Of a DNA stretch of 64,000 bases, positions 10,839-19,600 are shown in pieces. The stretch covers positions 128,001 to 192,000 of the forward strand of contig JBIQJB010000001.1 of the NCBI GenBank assembly GCA_044507735.1. The letters are read 5' to 3'. Every line of letters starts with the position of its first letter. Positions within the stretch are counted from its first letter, which is position 1. Under the pieces are notes generated by a model, which saw only the letters and a program-made list of their open reading frames with translations, did no database searches and was not told the origin of the DNA. Origin of the DNA: Nitrosopumilales archaeon. GTDB taxonomy: Archaea > Thermoproteota > Nitrososphaeria > Nitrososphaerales > Nitrososphaeraceae. The translations under genes and the position numbers were made by a program.

Positions 10839-11903
10839 ATGAAGAACGTCCCGGTCCTTCATCTCCTGTTGCCGGCGCTCTCGCTGCTTGTCGTCGTCTC
10901 GGTCATTTCGACGGCCATTCCACCTGCGTATGCTCACTTCTCCCACCTTTCACACTACAACAGCAGAGGTGATGGCGTGGGTCCTTACTATGCCTATGCG
11001 GCTCTTGAGCCAGACTACGCAGCTCCGGGCGAGCCTACAGCGATAATGTTCAGCATCCAAGACGATGAAGGGCAGGATACATACAATATAGAAACCATGG
11101 TCGAAATCTATGCCTCTTCAGGCGAGCGCATCAAGGCGTTCCCATGGACCAAGCAGGATGTGGGCGACTTCGTGTTGTATTACACTTTTCCGCAGGTAGG
11201 GAGCTATCAGGTCGTACTTAGCGTTGCGGACGGTCCTGTCAATACCAACGCAATTGATCCGCCAAGGACGGCGCTTAGCAGCGTAGCCGGCTGCAACTGC
11301 GACCGCGCCGTATTCAACTTTGCAATTTCAAAGGGCTTTGGCCTTGTCTTTAACACAGCTATAGCGGGGGCAGTATTTGGCTCGCTTGGTGTGTTTGGGA
11401 CAGTGCTCGCCGTGACATATTGGGGTAAGAAAAAGAGAGGCGAGTTTGCCAGCGGGCCCGGCAACGTTGCTCCATATGTCGTTACCTTGGCTGCTATTGC
11501 CGGCGGCCTTGTGCATTTTGCGGTATACTCGGAGCACGCCTCGCTTCGATTGGAATACAGTATATTTCTGATTGCTGCGGGGGGAATGCAGGTTGCATAT
11601 GGTATACTCTATACGCTTTTGATGCTGACGGGAACGACCGCTGGCATGACAAGCCCGCGTAGTCACTACCGCAAGAGTGTGGCCATCAACTTGTTTGGCC
11701 TCATCGGGACAGCGGTGTTGTTGGGGTTGTATGCCTATTCTGTGATTCTTCCTCCGCCGCTTTCGCCCACAGGCAGACCTGAAGATGTTGACTTGGCTGG
11801 GATACTGGCCAAGGCAGTGGAGGTGTTTACGCTGATTGGCATCGTCTACTTGATGAGGCTCGAAAAGCGCAGGCTTGAGGGATTTCTTAAAGGGCGCGCC
11901 TGA
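10839..11903 (+). CDS. secreted Ig-like domain plus multi-TM membrane protein, hypothetical
   Basis: Signal peptide ending AYA, His-rich start, YTFPQVGSYQV strand, CNC motif, about 5 TM helices. Confidence 0.75.
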   Translation: MKNVPVLHLLLPALSLLVVVSVISTAIPPAYAHFSHLSHYNSRGDGVGPYYAYAALEPDYAAPGEPTAIMFSIQDDEGQDTYNIETMVEIYASSGERIKAFPWTKQDVGDFVLYYTFPQVGSYQVVLSVADGPVNTNAIDPPRTALSSVAGCNCDRAVFNFAISKGFGLVFNTAIAGAVFGSLGVFGTVLAVTYWGKKKRGEFASGPGNVAPYVVTLAAIAGGLVHFAVYSEHASLRLEYSIFLIAAGGMQVAYGILYTLLMLTGTTAGMTSPRSHYRKSVAINLFGLIGTAVLLGLYAYSVILPPPLSPTGRPEDVDLAGILAKAVEVFTLIGIVYLMRLEKRRLEGFLKGRA

Positions 11904-11966
11904 CTATCTGATTGACCTTGTCAGCAAGAAAGACATAAAACACCAAGAGGGCGACCCATAAACCAT

Positions 11967-12920
11967 ATGGCTTGGAAAGTAATGATGCCGAAAAAGATCA
12001 TGTTCGGCGAAAACGCAGCAAGGGAATTTCCCTATCCTAAGAATGCTCTTGTAATTACCACGACCACTCCTGACATTTACAACAAGTGGCTGGACTATAT
12101 GGGCATAAAGAATTACGAGCTGTACGACAAGGTTACGCCCGACCCTGCTATCGAAACCATTGAAGCCATAAAGAAGCAGTACGAGGGAAAGAACATCGGC
12201 GCCTACATTGGACTTGGAGGCGGCAGCTCTATGGACGTCTGCAAGTACCTGAGCAAACTTACTGGAATCCCAAAGATCTTGATCCCGACCACATTTGGAA
12301 CAGGGGCCGAGATGACTACTTATGCAGTTATCAGCTTTGACCATAAGAAAAAGCTCTTGCAGGATGAGGCGTTCCTAGCAGACGCGGCCATAGTCGATCC
12401 ATACTTTTTGGCCGGCACCCCGTTCAACATCCTGCGCAACTCTGCATGCGACGCAGCAGCACAGGCATCTGAAGGCTATGATAGCAAGGCCGGCAACCCG
12501 TTCACTCAGTTCTTCTGCAAGGAGGCGTTTGACATTCTCTATGACGCGATCATGAACGACAAGCATCACCTTCTCCCATACGGAGCGATGCTCTCCGGCA
12601 TTGGCTTTGGCAACTCCTCCACAACTCTTGGACATGCGCTGTCTTACGTGTTCTCAAATGAAGGCGTACCGCATGGCTATGCCCTCTCTTCGTGCACCAC
12701 CGTCGCACACAAGTTCAACAACTCTATCTACTACAAACGATTCAAGGAAATAGCACAAAAGCTCAAGTTCGAACCACTGAAGCTAAAGCAACCATTGGAC
12801 CAGGCAGCAGACGTAATCATGCCCGACAGGGGACACCTGGACAATAACCCGATCCCTGTGACCAAGGAAGACGTTATCAAGTGCCTGGACGAGATCGTGA
12901 ACAGCAACCCGCTGCAGTAG
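11967..12920 (+). CDS. iron-containing alcohol dehydrogenase, probable malonic semialdehyde reductase of the 3HP/4HB cycle (Nmar_1110-like)
   Basis: GLGGGSSMD, IPTTFGTGAEMTTY, LGHALSYVFSNEGVPHGY; closely matches my recollection of the thaumarchaeal enzyme. Confidence 0.85.
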   Translation: MAWKVMMPKKIMFGENAAREFPYPKNALVITTTTPDIYNKWLDYMGIKNYELYDKVTPDPAIETIEAIKKQYEGKNIGAYIGLGGGSSMDVCKYLSKLTGIPKILIPTTFGTGAEMTTYAVISFDHKKKLLQDEAFLADAAIVDPYFLAGTPFNILRNSACDAAAQASEGYDSKAGNPFTQFFCKEAFDILYDAIMNDKHHLLPYGAMLSGIGFGNSSTTLGHALSYVFSNEGVPHGYALSSCTTVAHKFNNSIYYKRFKEIAQKLKFEPLKLKQPLDQAADVIMPDRGHLDNNPIPVTKEDVIKCLDEIVNSNPLQ

Positions 12921-13029
12921 GCTGATCCGATCTTCTTCCACTCTTGTTGTCTCTCCCCTCATTTTTGCAATCTAGTGCAATCATCCGCTGTCAAAACCTT
13001 TAAATTCAGTTCACCAACACAATTCCACG

Positions 13030-13617
13030 ATGACCGTTATCCAAAAGAGCATAGAAATTAACGCTCCAGTCAGCGAAGTATTCACATATTTTGCGAGGCC
13101 AGAGCATATGGCTGACCAGTTCCCAGAGAACATGGGGCTCAACGTTGTCCCGGTCGAAGTCAAGAATGGCTTTGGCGTAGGCACGATTTTCAGGATTAGC
13201 GGAGATTTTGACGGCAAGAAACTTGAATGGGACTGCGAGACCATCGACTATGTCCCCATGCGCAAGATTGTAGCCAAGATGATCGAGGGGCCGTTCAAGA
13301 GCTGGCAGATTACAGTCGACTTTGAAGAACTGGGCGAGAAGAAGAGCAGAACCGGCATGACGGTCGAATATGAGATGCCTATGGGTCCACTTGGAAGCTT
13401 TATGGACAAGGTCAAACTGAAGAAGATAGCCGAGCGTGGAATGGAAAACGGTCTCTACCGCGTAAAGGCGCTGCTTGAAGGCACAGGCTCTATACCAGTA
13501 TACATTACGCTGGACGCCTACCGACACATTCTGAAAGAGAAGGAAAAGCTCAACTGTTCTGTCTCTGAAGCGATTGTGAAGATCATTCAGCAACAACAGC
13601 AGACGGTCAAGGCTTGA
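13030..13617 (+). CDS. SRPBCC / polyketide-cyclase family protein with C-terminal extension
   Basis: SIEINAPVSEVF, GPFKSW, VEYEMP-GPLG pattern. Confidence 0.8.
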   Translation: MTVIQKSIEINAPVSEVFTYFARPEHMADQFPENMGLNVVPVEVKNGFGVGTIFRISGDFDGKKLEWDCETIDYVPMRKIVAKMIEGPFKSWQITVDFEELGEKKSRTGMTVEYEMPMGPLGSFMDKVKLKKIAERGMENGLYRVKALLEGTGSIPVYITLDAYRHILKEKEKLNCSVSEAIVKIIQQQQQTVKA

Positions 13618-13841
13618 GAGTTCTTCCTCCCTTTATTCTTCTACTTTTTGACGCATTTTTTGGCAGATTTTGTTTGCTGATTTCTGGCTGATGCTGTGTT
13701 TGTGTAGTAGCCATCCTGATGTGGCTTGTGCACGTCTTCTTGTGTTTCTATTTTGAAAGTCACAGTAACAAGGTCTTCAAGGAATTGGAGCCTTGCATTC
13801 TAGTACGATTTAAATATCGCTCACTCTAGCAAAATTTCTGC

Positions 13842-13937
13842 GGGTTCGTAGCTCAGCCAGGCAGAGCGTCTGGCTCTTAACCAGTCAGGGAATTATTCTG
13901 GGTTAAAATGTCGAGGGTCCGAATCCCTCCGAACCCG
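13842..13937 (+). tRNA. tRNA-Lys(CTT) with 22-nt intron at position 42/43
   Basis: Acceptor GGGTTCG/CGAACCC, D arm GCTC/GAGC, anticodon arm TCTGG-CTCTTAA-CCAG^A, T arm GAGGG/CCCTC; TTTAAATA box upstream. Confidence 0.92.
13885..13906 (+). other. BHB-type tRNA intron
   Basis: 4-bp helix AACC/GGTT with 3-nt bulges AG^T and AA^A; removal restores the CCAGA stem. Confidence 0.85.
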
Positions 13938-14529
13938 CCTCTCAATCTATCTAATTTTAACATCTTTGCGGCATACTGACAGTTATGGGCTAGCTATGGT
14001 CGGTACCATGGTCTGATATTTTGCTACGTAATACTCATGATCTATCTGCTGCTTTTCCCTTATTCTTTCGCAAAAACTGACAATTGATACTTCTTTCACG
14101 ACATAGACAAATCCGTCCTTTTTCTGCATTACAATTACAATTGGCTATCAAGGTTCAAGCTTATAACATGGGCTCAAATGAGAATAAACAAAGGTTTCTA
14201 TGATGGATTTGACGCACTGTGTATGCTGCCCAACTGGTGAGACATGGGATCGCTTCTTGCGAGTTCCAATTCCGTGAAGATTCAATACTCATTACTTGAA
14301 TGATCATTTTGAATTTGCGTTCTTGGGTTGTCCGGCACGACTCTGGTTGAGCAGCGGTGCTCATAAGCGTCCTTCTATCCTGCCTGCGGCCTGGTGATAG
14401 CCAGTGACGACTATGAGCGGGTCGTCGGGATTTGCATCATTCTTGCGCTAAAAAAGACTCATTCCGTACAAGAAATCCGCCGACACGAAGAGGTACTTAC
14501 AGTAGAAAAAATGGAGAGGGGATCTATTG

Positions 14530-15066
14530 CTAAAATGAGTCCCAGACGTCTTTGACCGTTTTACCTGCTCTGATTAGAGAGCTGAGGGAATCATATTTTC
14601 CGGAATCTTTGAACCATTTAAGATTGATGCCCCAGTCCCTCGGCTCATACATGACTGAATCGTTTTCCACCATGTTGAACAAGCCCACCTGCTTCATCGT
14701 CGGCACTTCGCTTCCTGCATTTCCACCCAACATTTTCCATTCGTATTTGGGTGTACTTGACCATCCAAGATTTATCCCCGTATCTCTCTTTTTGTAGATC
14801 AGAAAACCTCCTCCTCTGACGTAAACTGCAATTGGTTCCTCAAACTTGACAGGTTCCTTTGAGCCGGACGGGCGTTGAAAACGAATGCTGTCCATCTGTG
14901 CAGGGTCCCCCCATACCAGGTTGATTCCCCACGTTCTTTGCCCGTATTTGAGTGCCTGACTGCAAGTTAGGTTCAGCAGGTCGTAGGCAAAGTTTCCGCT
15001 GTCTGGTGCGACTGTTTTTACAGAGGGGTCGTTTGGTACAACTGACCAATCTAATAGTTCTGCCAT
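14530..15066 (-). CDS. hypothetical protein with three internal Y-x2-R-x2-GINL-x-W repeats
   Basis: YGQRTWGINLVW, YKKRDTGINLGW, YEPRDWGINLKW at about 48-aa spacing. Confidence 0.8.
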   Translation of the reverse strand: MAELLDWSVVPNDPSVKTVAPDSGNFAYDLLNLTCSQALKYGQRTWGINLVWGDPAQMDSIRFQRPSGSKEPVKFEEPIAVYVRGGGFLIYKKRDTGINLGWSSTPKYEWKMLGGNAGSEVPTMKQVGLFNMVENDSVMYEPRDWGINLKWFKDSGKYDSLSSLIRAGKTVKDVWDSF

Positions 15067-15170
15067 GAGACTTGAATCAAGTGGCGTATACTTAAGATCC
15101 GACCACGCAACTACACTCGGTTACAATGGTTAGCAATAGTCCTAAATATTAGCTAGGTGAATCTATCAGC

Positions 15171-15746
15171 CTGACCACCAAAGAAAAGGGACAATCGTGC
15201 AGATTTTCCAAAAAGTCAACAATTACACTATCAATTTACGACGACATACTTGCGCAATTGCGCCTTGATTCTGAGTTTGAAAATGGTAGCTTGAACCAAA
15301 AGGTAAACAACATTCTTCTTCGATGGCTTTTCTCGTATCGAGCTATAGGCCTCAACGGGGCAATCGTTGTCCCTGGAAAGACTTGGCTCGACATAATCGA
15401 AGCGTTAGGGGAAGACTTTCTCGTTGATGCGATCGATCATGGGACTAGTGTAATTGCTGCAACACTTACCCAGAACGATATCGAACTTACAGTAGATAAT
15501 ATCATCAAGTTTGTGTTTGGTAGAATTTCTATCTATTCGGGAAGCATATTGCATTTTCATCATTATAGAAATAGCTCGGATAATTTGTGTCTGGTATTTG
15601 AGCATCCATTTGGGATAAAATGGTCAAGAGCGCTCGGAAAGTCCTTTTGTCGCCTTTTCAATGAGCAATTTGGACTCCGAACCGATTTGGTGACCTCTGT
15701 CAGAAATATCCACATTGTCGTGCATACAAAGGACCTCTTTGCATAG
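15171..15746 (+). CDS. hypothetical protein with putative N-terminal ribbon-helix-helix (Nitrososphaera-type)
   Basis: ORF 15258-15746 stays open upstream to CTG 15171, adding KKSTITLSIYDDILAQLR; start uncertain. Confidence 0.65.
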   Translation: MTTKEKGQSCRFSKKSTITLSIYDDILAQLRLDSEFENGSLNQKVNNILLRWLFSYRAIGLNGAIVVPGKTWLDIIEALGEDFLVDAIDHGTSVIAATLTQNDIELTVDNIIKFVFGRISIYSGSILHFHHYRNSSDNLCLVFEHPFGIKWSRALGKSFCRLFNEQFGLRTDLVTSVRNIHIVVHTKDLFA

Positions 15747-15826
15747 CTGCAGATTTTTTCTGGTCTTGTTCACCACGCTGGTCTGCCACTTCTGAAAGGT
15801 CGCAGAGGCGCCTTGTTTGATTATTA

Positions 15827-16546
15827 GGCTCTGTTAACTTAGGGTAATGCGTACAGCTAGGACTGTCCTAGCTTTTTTTCATTGGCATGAATAGAACCAG
15901 AACAGACCCAGCTGTAATCACATATGCACTATACTCGTATTTCAATTCTAGGAGTTTCAGGCTGGCAGCTAAATCCTTGGCACCACTCAAAAAGAGGAGC
16001 CATGTAGCTGTCTGGAAATGGGTTCAGAGATACGCGGATTGTGCAGACCAGTTTAGGACAGACAGAGGCGCCTTGTCAGAGCGATATTTGTCGACGAGAC
16101 CTTGCTCCAGATAGATGGTCATGACTATTGGCTATGGATTGCATATGAACCTGCAATAGACGCGTGTCTGGCCATGCACCTGTCCCGTGAGAGGACCGTT
16201 TTCGTATGCTACCACTTTTTCAAGCAGCAGCTGCGGAGAAGGTACGGAAGGAGACCGATATTCACACAGACGGCGCTCGATGGTACAACGAGGCTTGCAG
16301 GTGGCTCAGGCTACGCCACTATGTCTATGGTACTGAATTGAAGAATTTGATGGAGCGGTTTATCCAGCAGGTCAAGGACAGGACACAGAATGCTTCGACG
16401 ACCACTTTCCATGTAGAAAAGTAGATTGCAACAGGAAGCATGTGTGGAACTGGCTCAAGTTGTTCTTGCTATATTTGGACATGGGGACAGACAGGATACG
16501 GTTCACATTATTTCTGGCTCGGGATGGAGGTTAAGTTAACAGCGCC
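15827..16546 (+). mobile_element. IS6-family insertion sequence, 720 bp
   Basis: 15-bp TIRs GGCTCTGTTAACTTA / TAAGTTAACAGCGCC (1 mismatch); 8-bp TSD GATTATTA at 15819-15826 and 16547-16554. Confidence 0.92.
15887..16534 (+). pseudogene. IS6 DDE transposase, frameshifted
   Basis: SHVAVWKWVQ, IFVDET..IDG.DYWLWIAYEP, TDGARWY, NLMERF, ECFDDHFPC split across frames by three frameshifts. Confidence 0.88.
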
Positions 16547-16594
16547 GATTATTATTATAGCTAACTTATTAGTGAGATAATTCTCTCCTAGACT

Positions 16595-17323
16595 ATGAAA
16601 AATCAAAGCTTAATACTGGGAGCAGTCATTGCAGCAGGGCTCTTGGCAACCGCAGGCCTTGCAGTTTCCAACATTTCTGCCCAGCCGGCAGGAAACATGC
16701 AGGACCAAGGACAAGCGATGGACGACAACGACGAAAGGCCATCGGTGCAGTACAAACTCAACAAGAAATATTATGACTACAAGGATGGCGTCTTCAAGGT
16801 GAGGGCGGGTGCAGGCAGCTATGTTGCACCGGTGACCCTGTTCTTCCCGAACTACGCTGAAATAAATGTAGGTGAGACGGTAGTCTTTTACAACCCGACC
16901 AAGGTCAGCGAACCACACACAGTCACATTCATTATTGACAACAGCACATACGCGGATTTCGTCGCGCCTTATCTAATCGACAACCAGACATCAGTCACAC
17001 CAGCAGTTCCAAACTCTAACGCGGATCCAATAGTGATGCCCGGACCGCCTGGCCAGAACGTAATCGTCGCCCTGAACAACCGCTCGTTCATGCCGACCGT
17101 AATAGACTCGGAAGGAAACGCGACTTATCTACCGCCAAATGCGAGCTACAACGTCACGGGTACTGAAAAGTACATCAACTCTGGATGGATTTGGCCAGAA
17201 GGAATGTCTCCACCGGGACTTGCACCGATCGACTCATTCAGCCTCACCTTCAACAAGGAAGGGACGTACGACTACCTGTGCATAGTGCACCCATGGATGA
17301 CCGGACAGATAGTGGTCAACTAG
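16595..17323 (+). CDS. secreted cupredoxin (blue copper) protein
   Basis: Signal peptide, EPHTVTF, YDYLCIVHPWMTG. Confidence 0.88.
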   Translation: MKNQSLILGAVIAAGLLATAGLAVSNISAQPAGNMQDQGQAMDDNDERPSVQYKLNKKYYDYKDGVFKVRAGAGSYVAPVTLFFPNYAEINVGETVVFYNPTKVSEPHTVTFIIDNSTYADFVAPYLIDNQTSVTPAVPNSNADPIVMPGPPGQNVIVALNNRSFMPTVIDSEGNATYLPPNASYNVTGTEKYINSGWIWPEGMSPPGLAPIDSFSLTFNKEGTYDYLCIVHPWMTGQIVVN

Positions 17324-17600
17324 CCTTCCTCTCTTTTTCTCCTTTTTTTGAGAATAATCAGTGTGTTCTTATTTTACGACGATTCCAGTATCAAGACGAT
17401 CCGAGTCTTTTCATGTGTGTTGATTTCAAAATCAGGTGTGAGAGTTGCAGCAAGATTCTTGTGAGCATTGGACGCACTATGTGGCAATCCTCTTTTTCCG
17501 TCTCCTTCTCTCCCAGGTCTTGAAAACCGAGTTCCATTGTGGCTCTGTGTTGTATCATCAGTTGACGCAGCCCAGCACTAGAGCCCTTTGGAAAGTGTGA

Positions 17601-17620
17601 TCCGAATCCCTCCAAACCCA
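17601..17620 (+). repeat. att-like duplicate of the tRNA-Lys 3' end
   Basis: 18/20 match to 13918-13937. Confidence 0.7.
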
Positions 17621-17700
17621 CTTTATCACAAAGCGTCCAATCAGGATTGCAAATTTTTCAATGAATGATGCCTTATTAACTACCTATACGTGGCCTGAGT

Positions 17701-18717
17701 ATGTCAGATTACGAAAAAGCTGTCGATATGATGCTGGGCAGATGGAAGAGTCAAATACTGTACACCGGCGTAAAGCTTGGTATCTTTGAGTCGCTGGACA
17801 GAACTCCAAAGCATTCTTCTGAAATCGCCCGGGATTTGAATCTCGACGCTTCTTTGACTTATCGACTTTTGCGTGCCCTTGCCTCACTGGGATTTCTGAA
17901 TGAAACAGAGGAACGGAGATTTTCAATCACACCCATGGGGGAGTTTGTCCGAAAGGATCATCCGCAGACTCTAAGGGGAGCACTCTTGCTGGAAGAGGGC
18001 CCGGAGCACTACGCCATCTGGAGGCACCTTGCCGACATGGTGCGGGACGGCAAGCAGGACGGCTTTATGCGCGAGTTTGGCCAGAGGATTTTCGACTATA
18101 TTTCGCAGAACTCGGCGTACAGAGATGTGTTCAACTACGCCATGAGCAGCTACTCTGCCACGCACACCAAGATGGTGCTTGAAGCCCTAAAGGACTACGA
18201 CTTTTCCAATATCAAGAGCCTTTGCGACATCGGCGGTGGACACGGTCACCTCATATGCAACATACTCCGCGAGCATCCGCAGTTGCAGGGCGCCGTGCTA
18301 GAGCTGGAATCCACAATTAATAACAAAGAACTGCTTTGGGCGGAAAAGATGGGTGTGGCAGACAGATGCAGCTATATTGCAGGAGACATGTTTAAGGAAG
18401 TGCCGCGCCTGGATGCCTACATAATGAAAATGATCTTGCACGACTGGAATGACGAAGAATGTGTTGCCATTCTTTCGAATATCCAGAAGGCGTCTCCTCC
18501 AGGCGGAAGAGTTCTAATCGTCGAGCACGTGGTGCCAGGCCATGATACTCCTCATTTCTCAAAGCTGTTTGACATCCACATGATGTGCGCCCTTACTGGA
18601 AGGGAGAGGACAGAAAAAGAATACGCTGAATTGCTGGAAAAAGCAGGACTGCAGTATTTGAAGACGCACTATCCGCCATCAAGGACGATAGGGGTCGTTG
18701 AGGGAATCAAGCGCTAA
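17701..18717 (+). CDS. SAM-dependent O-methyltransferase (dimerisation domain plus Methyltransf_2)
   Basis: LCDIGGGHG, AGDMF, KMILHDWND, GRERT. Confidence 0.92.
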   Translation: MSDYEKAVDMMLGRWKSQILYTGVKLGIFESLDRTPKHSSEIARDLNLDASLTYRLLRALASLGFLNETEERRFSITPMGEFVRKDHPQTLRGALLLEEGPEHYAIWRHLADMVRDGKQDGFMREFGQRIFDYISQNSAYRDVFNYAMSSYSATHTKMVLEALKDYDFSNIKSLCDIGGGHGHLICNILREHPQLQGAVLELESTINNKELLWAEKMGVADRCSYIAGDMFKEVPRLDAYIMKMILHDWNDEECVAILSNIQKASPPGGRVLIVEHVVPGHDTPHFSKLFDIHMMCALTGRERTEKEYAELLEKAGLQYLKTHYPPSRTIGVVEGIKR

Positions 18718-19131
18718 CTGTGGACTTGATCCCCCTGCCATCCTCACCCCACCCCGCAGCCTTTTCCAACCAAGTCACTGTATATTCCAGGTTCGCTCTC
18801 GGGCTGTCCCGAAGAGCTCAAGTTTTTTGGAATGACAGAAACAAAGTACTCTACAGGCCTTCAAATATCCTGTGGCCCAGCCGAAATAAAGAGGCTACTT
18901 GCATTATCGACTTTCTGAAAGAAGCGCCTGAAAGATCTCCAGCATCAGAGTACGCATGTATTGATGCGGAACGATCACAGAGATCTCTACTGGAGCTCGG
19001 AGTGACAACATATCGACTTGAATGGACAGGATAGAAGGTCGTGTGACTCTATAACCGAGTAGGTTCGACATCGCACGATAGTTAAGTGAATGGCCTCCCT
19101 CCGCCATGTCCACAGAATCCTTTCAAATACT

Positions 19132-19168
19132 GTTTAAATATTAGGCTAGCCTAATTAGGGACACCTAA
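19132..19168 (+). promoter_or_regulatory. TATA box followed by tandem TTAGG-N4-CCTAA operators
   Basis: GTTTAAATA-TTAGGCTAGCCTAA-TTAGGGACACCTAA directly before TTG 19169. Confidence 0.8.
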
Positions 19169-19528
19169 TTGAGCGACAAGATGTTATCCTTTCACTATGA
19201 AGAAGCGATTCCAATATTACAAGAGCTCGCGGACATCATTTCACAAAAAATAATCCTTTCGACCATTGACTCAGCCAAGTCTGCACAAGAGATTGCAGCA
19301 GAGAACAACCTGCCGCAAAGCTCGACCTACAAGAAGATAAGAAAATTGTGCAACATGAAGCTGCTGGGAGTGGACAAGATACAGCTGAACGGTAGCGGAA
19401 AAAAAGTCTTTTACTATCGGAGCAAGGTGAGATCTTGTCAGTTCTACCTGCGGCCTGGAGAGTCAGTGCTGCAGTTTGAAAAGAACGAAGGAGTCTGTGT
19501 GATAGAAGGGATAAGGATCAGCAGATGA
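19169..19528 (+). CDS. ArsR-like winged-helix transcription regulator
   Basis: KSAQEIAAENNLPQSSTYKKIRKL ... GKKVFYYRS. Confidence 0.85.
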   Translation: MSDKMLSFHYEEAIPILQELADIISQKIILSTIDSAKSAQEIAAENNLPQSSTYKKIRKLCNMKLLGVDKIQLNGSGKKVFYYRSKVRSCQFYLRPGESVLQFEKNEGVCVIEGIRISR

Positions 19529-19563
19529 TATCATTAGTTTTCAGGCCAGAGAATCCAGACAGA

Positions 19564-19600
19564 GTTTAAATATTAGGCTAGCCTAATTCGCCTCGCCTAA
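19564..19600 (+). promoter_or_regulatory. second copy of TATA plus TTAGGCTAGCCTAA operator
   Basis: 25 bp identical to 19132-19156, then a degenerate second site TTCGCCTCGCCTAA. Confidence 0.78.

Larger units (their letters stand above)
13918..17620. mobile_element. degenerate integrated element at the tRNA-Lys 3' end
   Basis: Bounded by TCCGAATCCCTCCGAACCCG (13918-13937) and TCCGAATCCCTCCAAACCCA (17601-17620), 18/20 identical; no intact integrase. Confidence 0.65.

Noticed and set aside
18720-19113. Short ORFs after the O-methyltransferase
   Set aside because: No recognisable motif; may be a decayed remnant but cannot be supported
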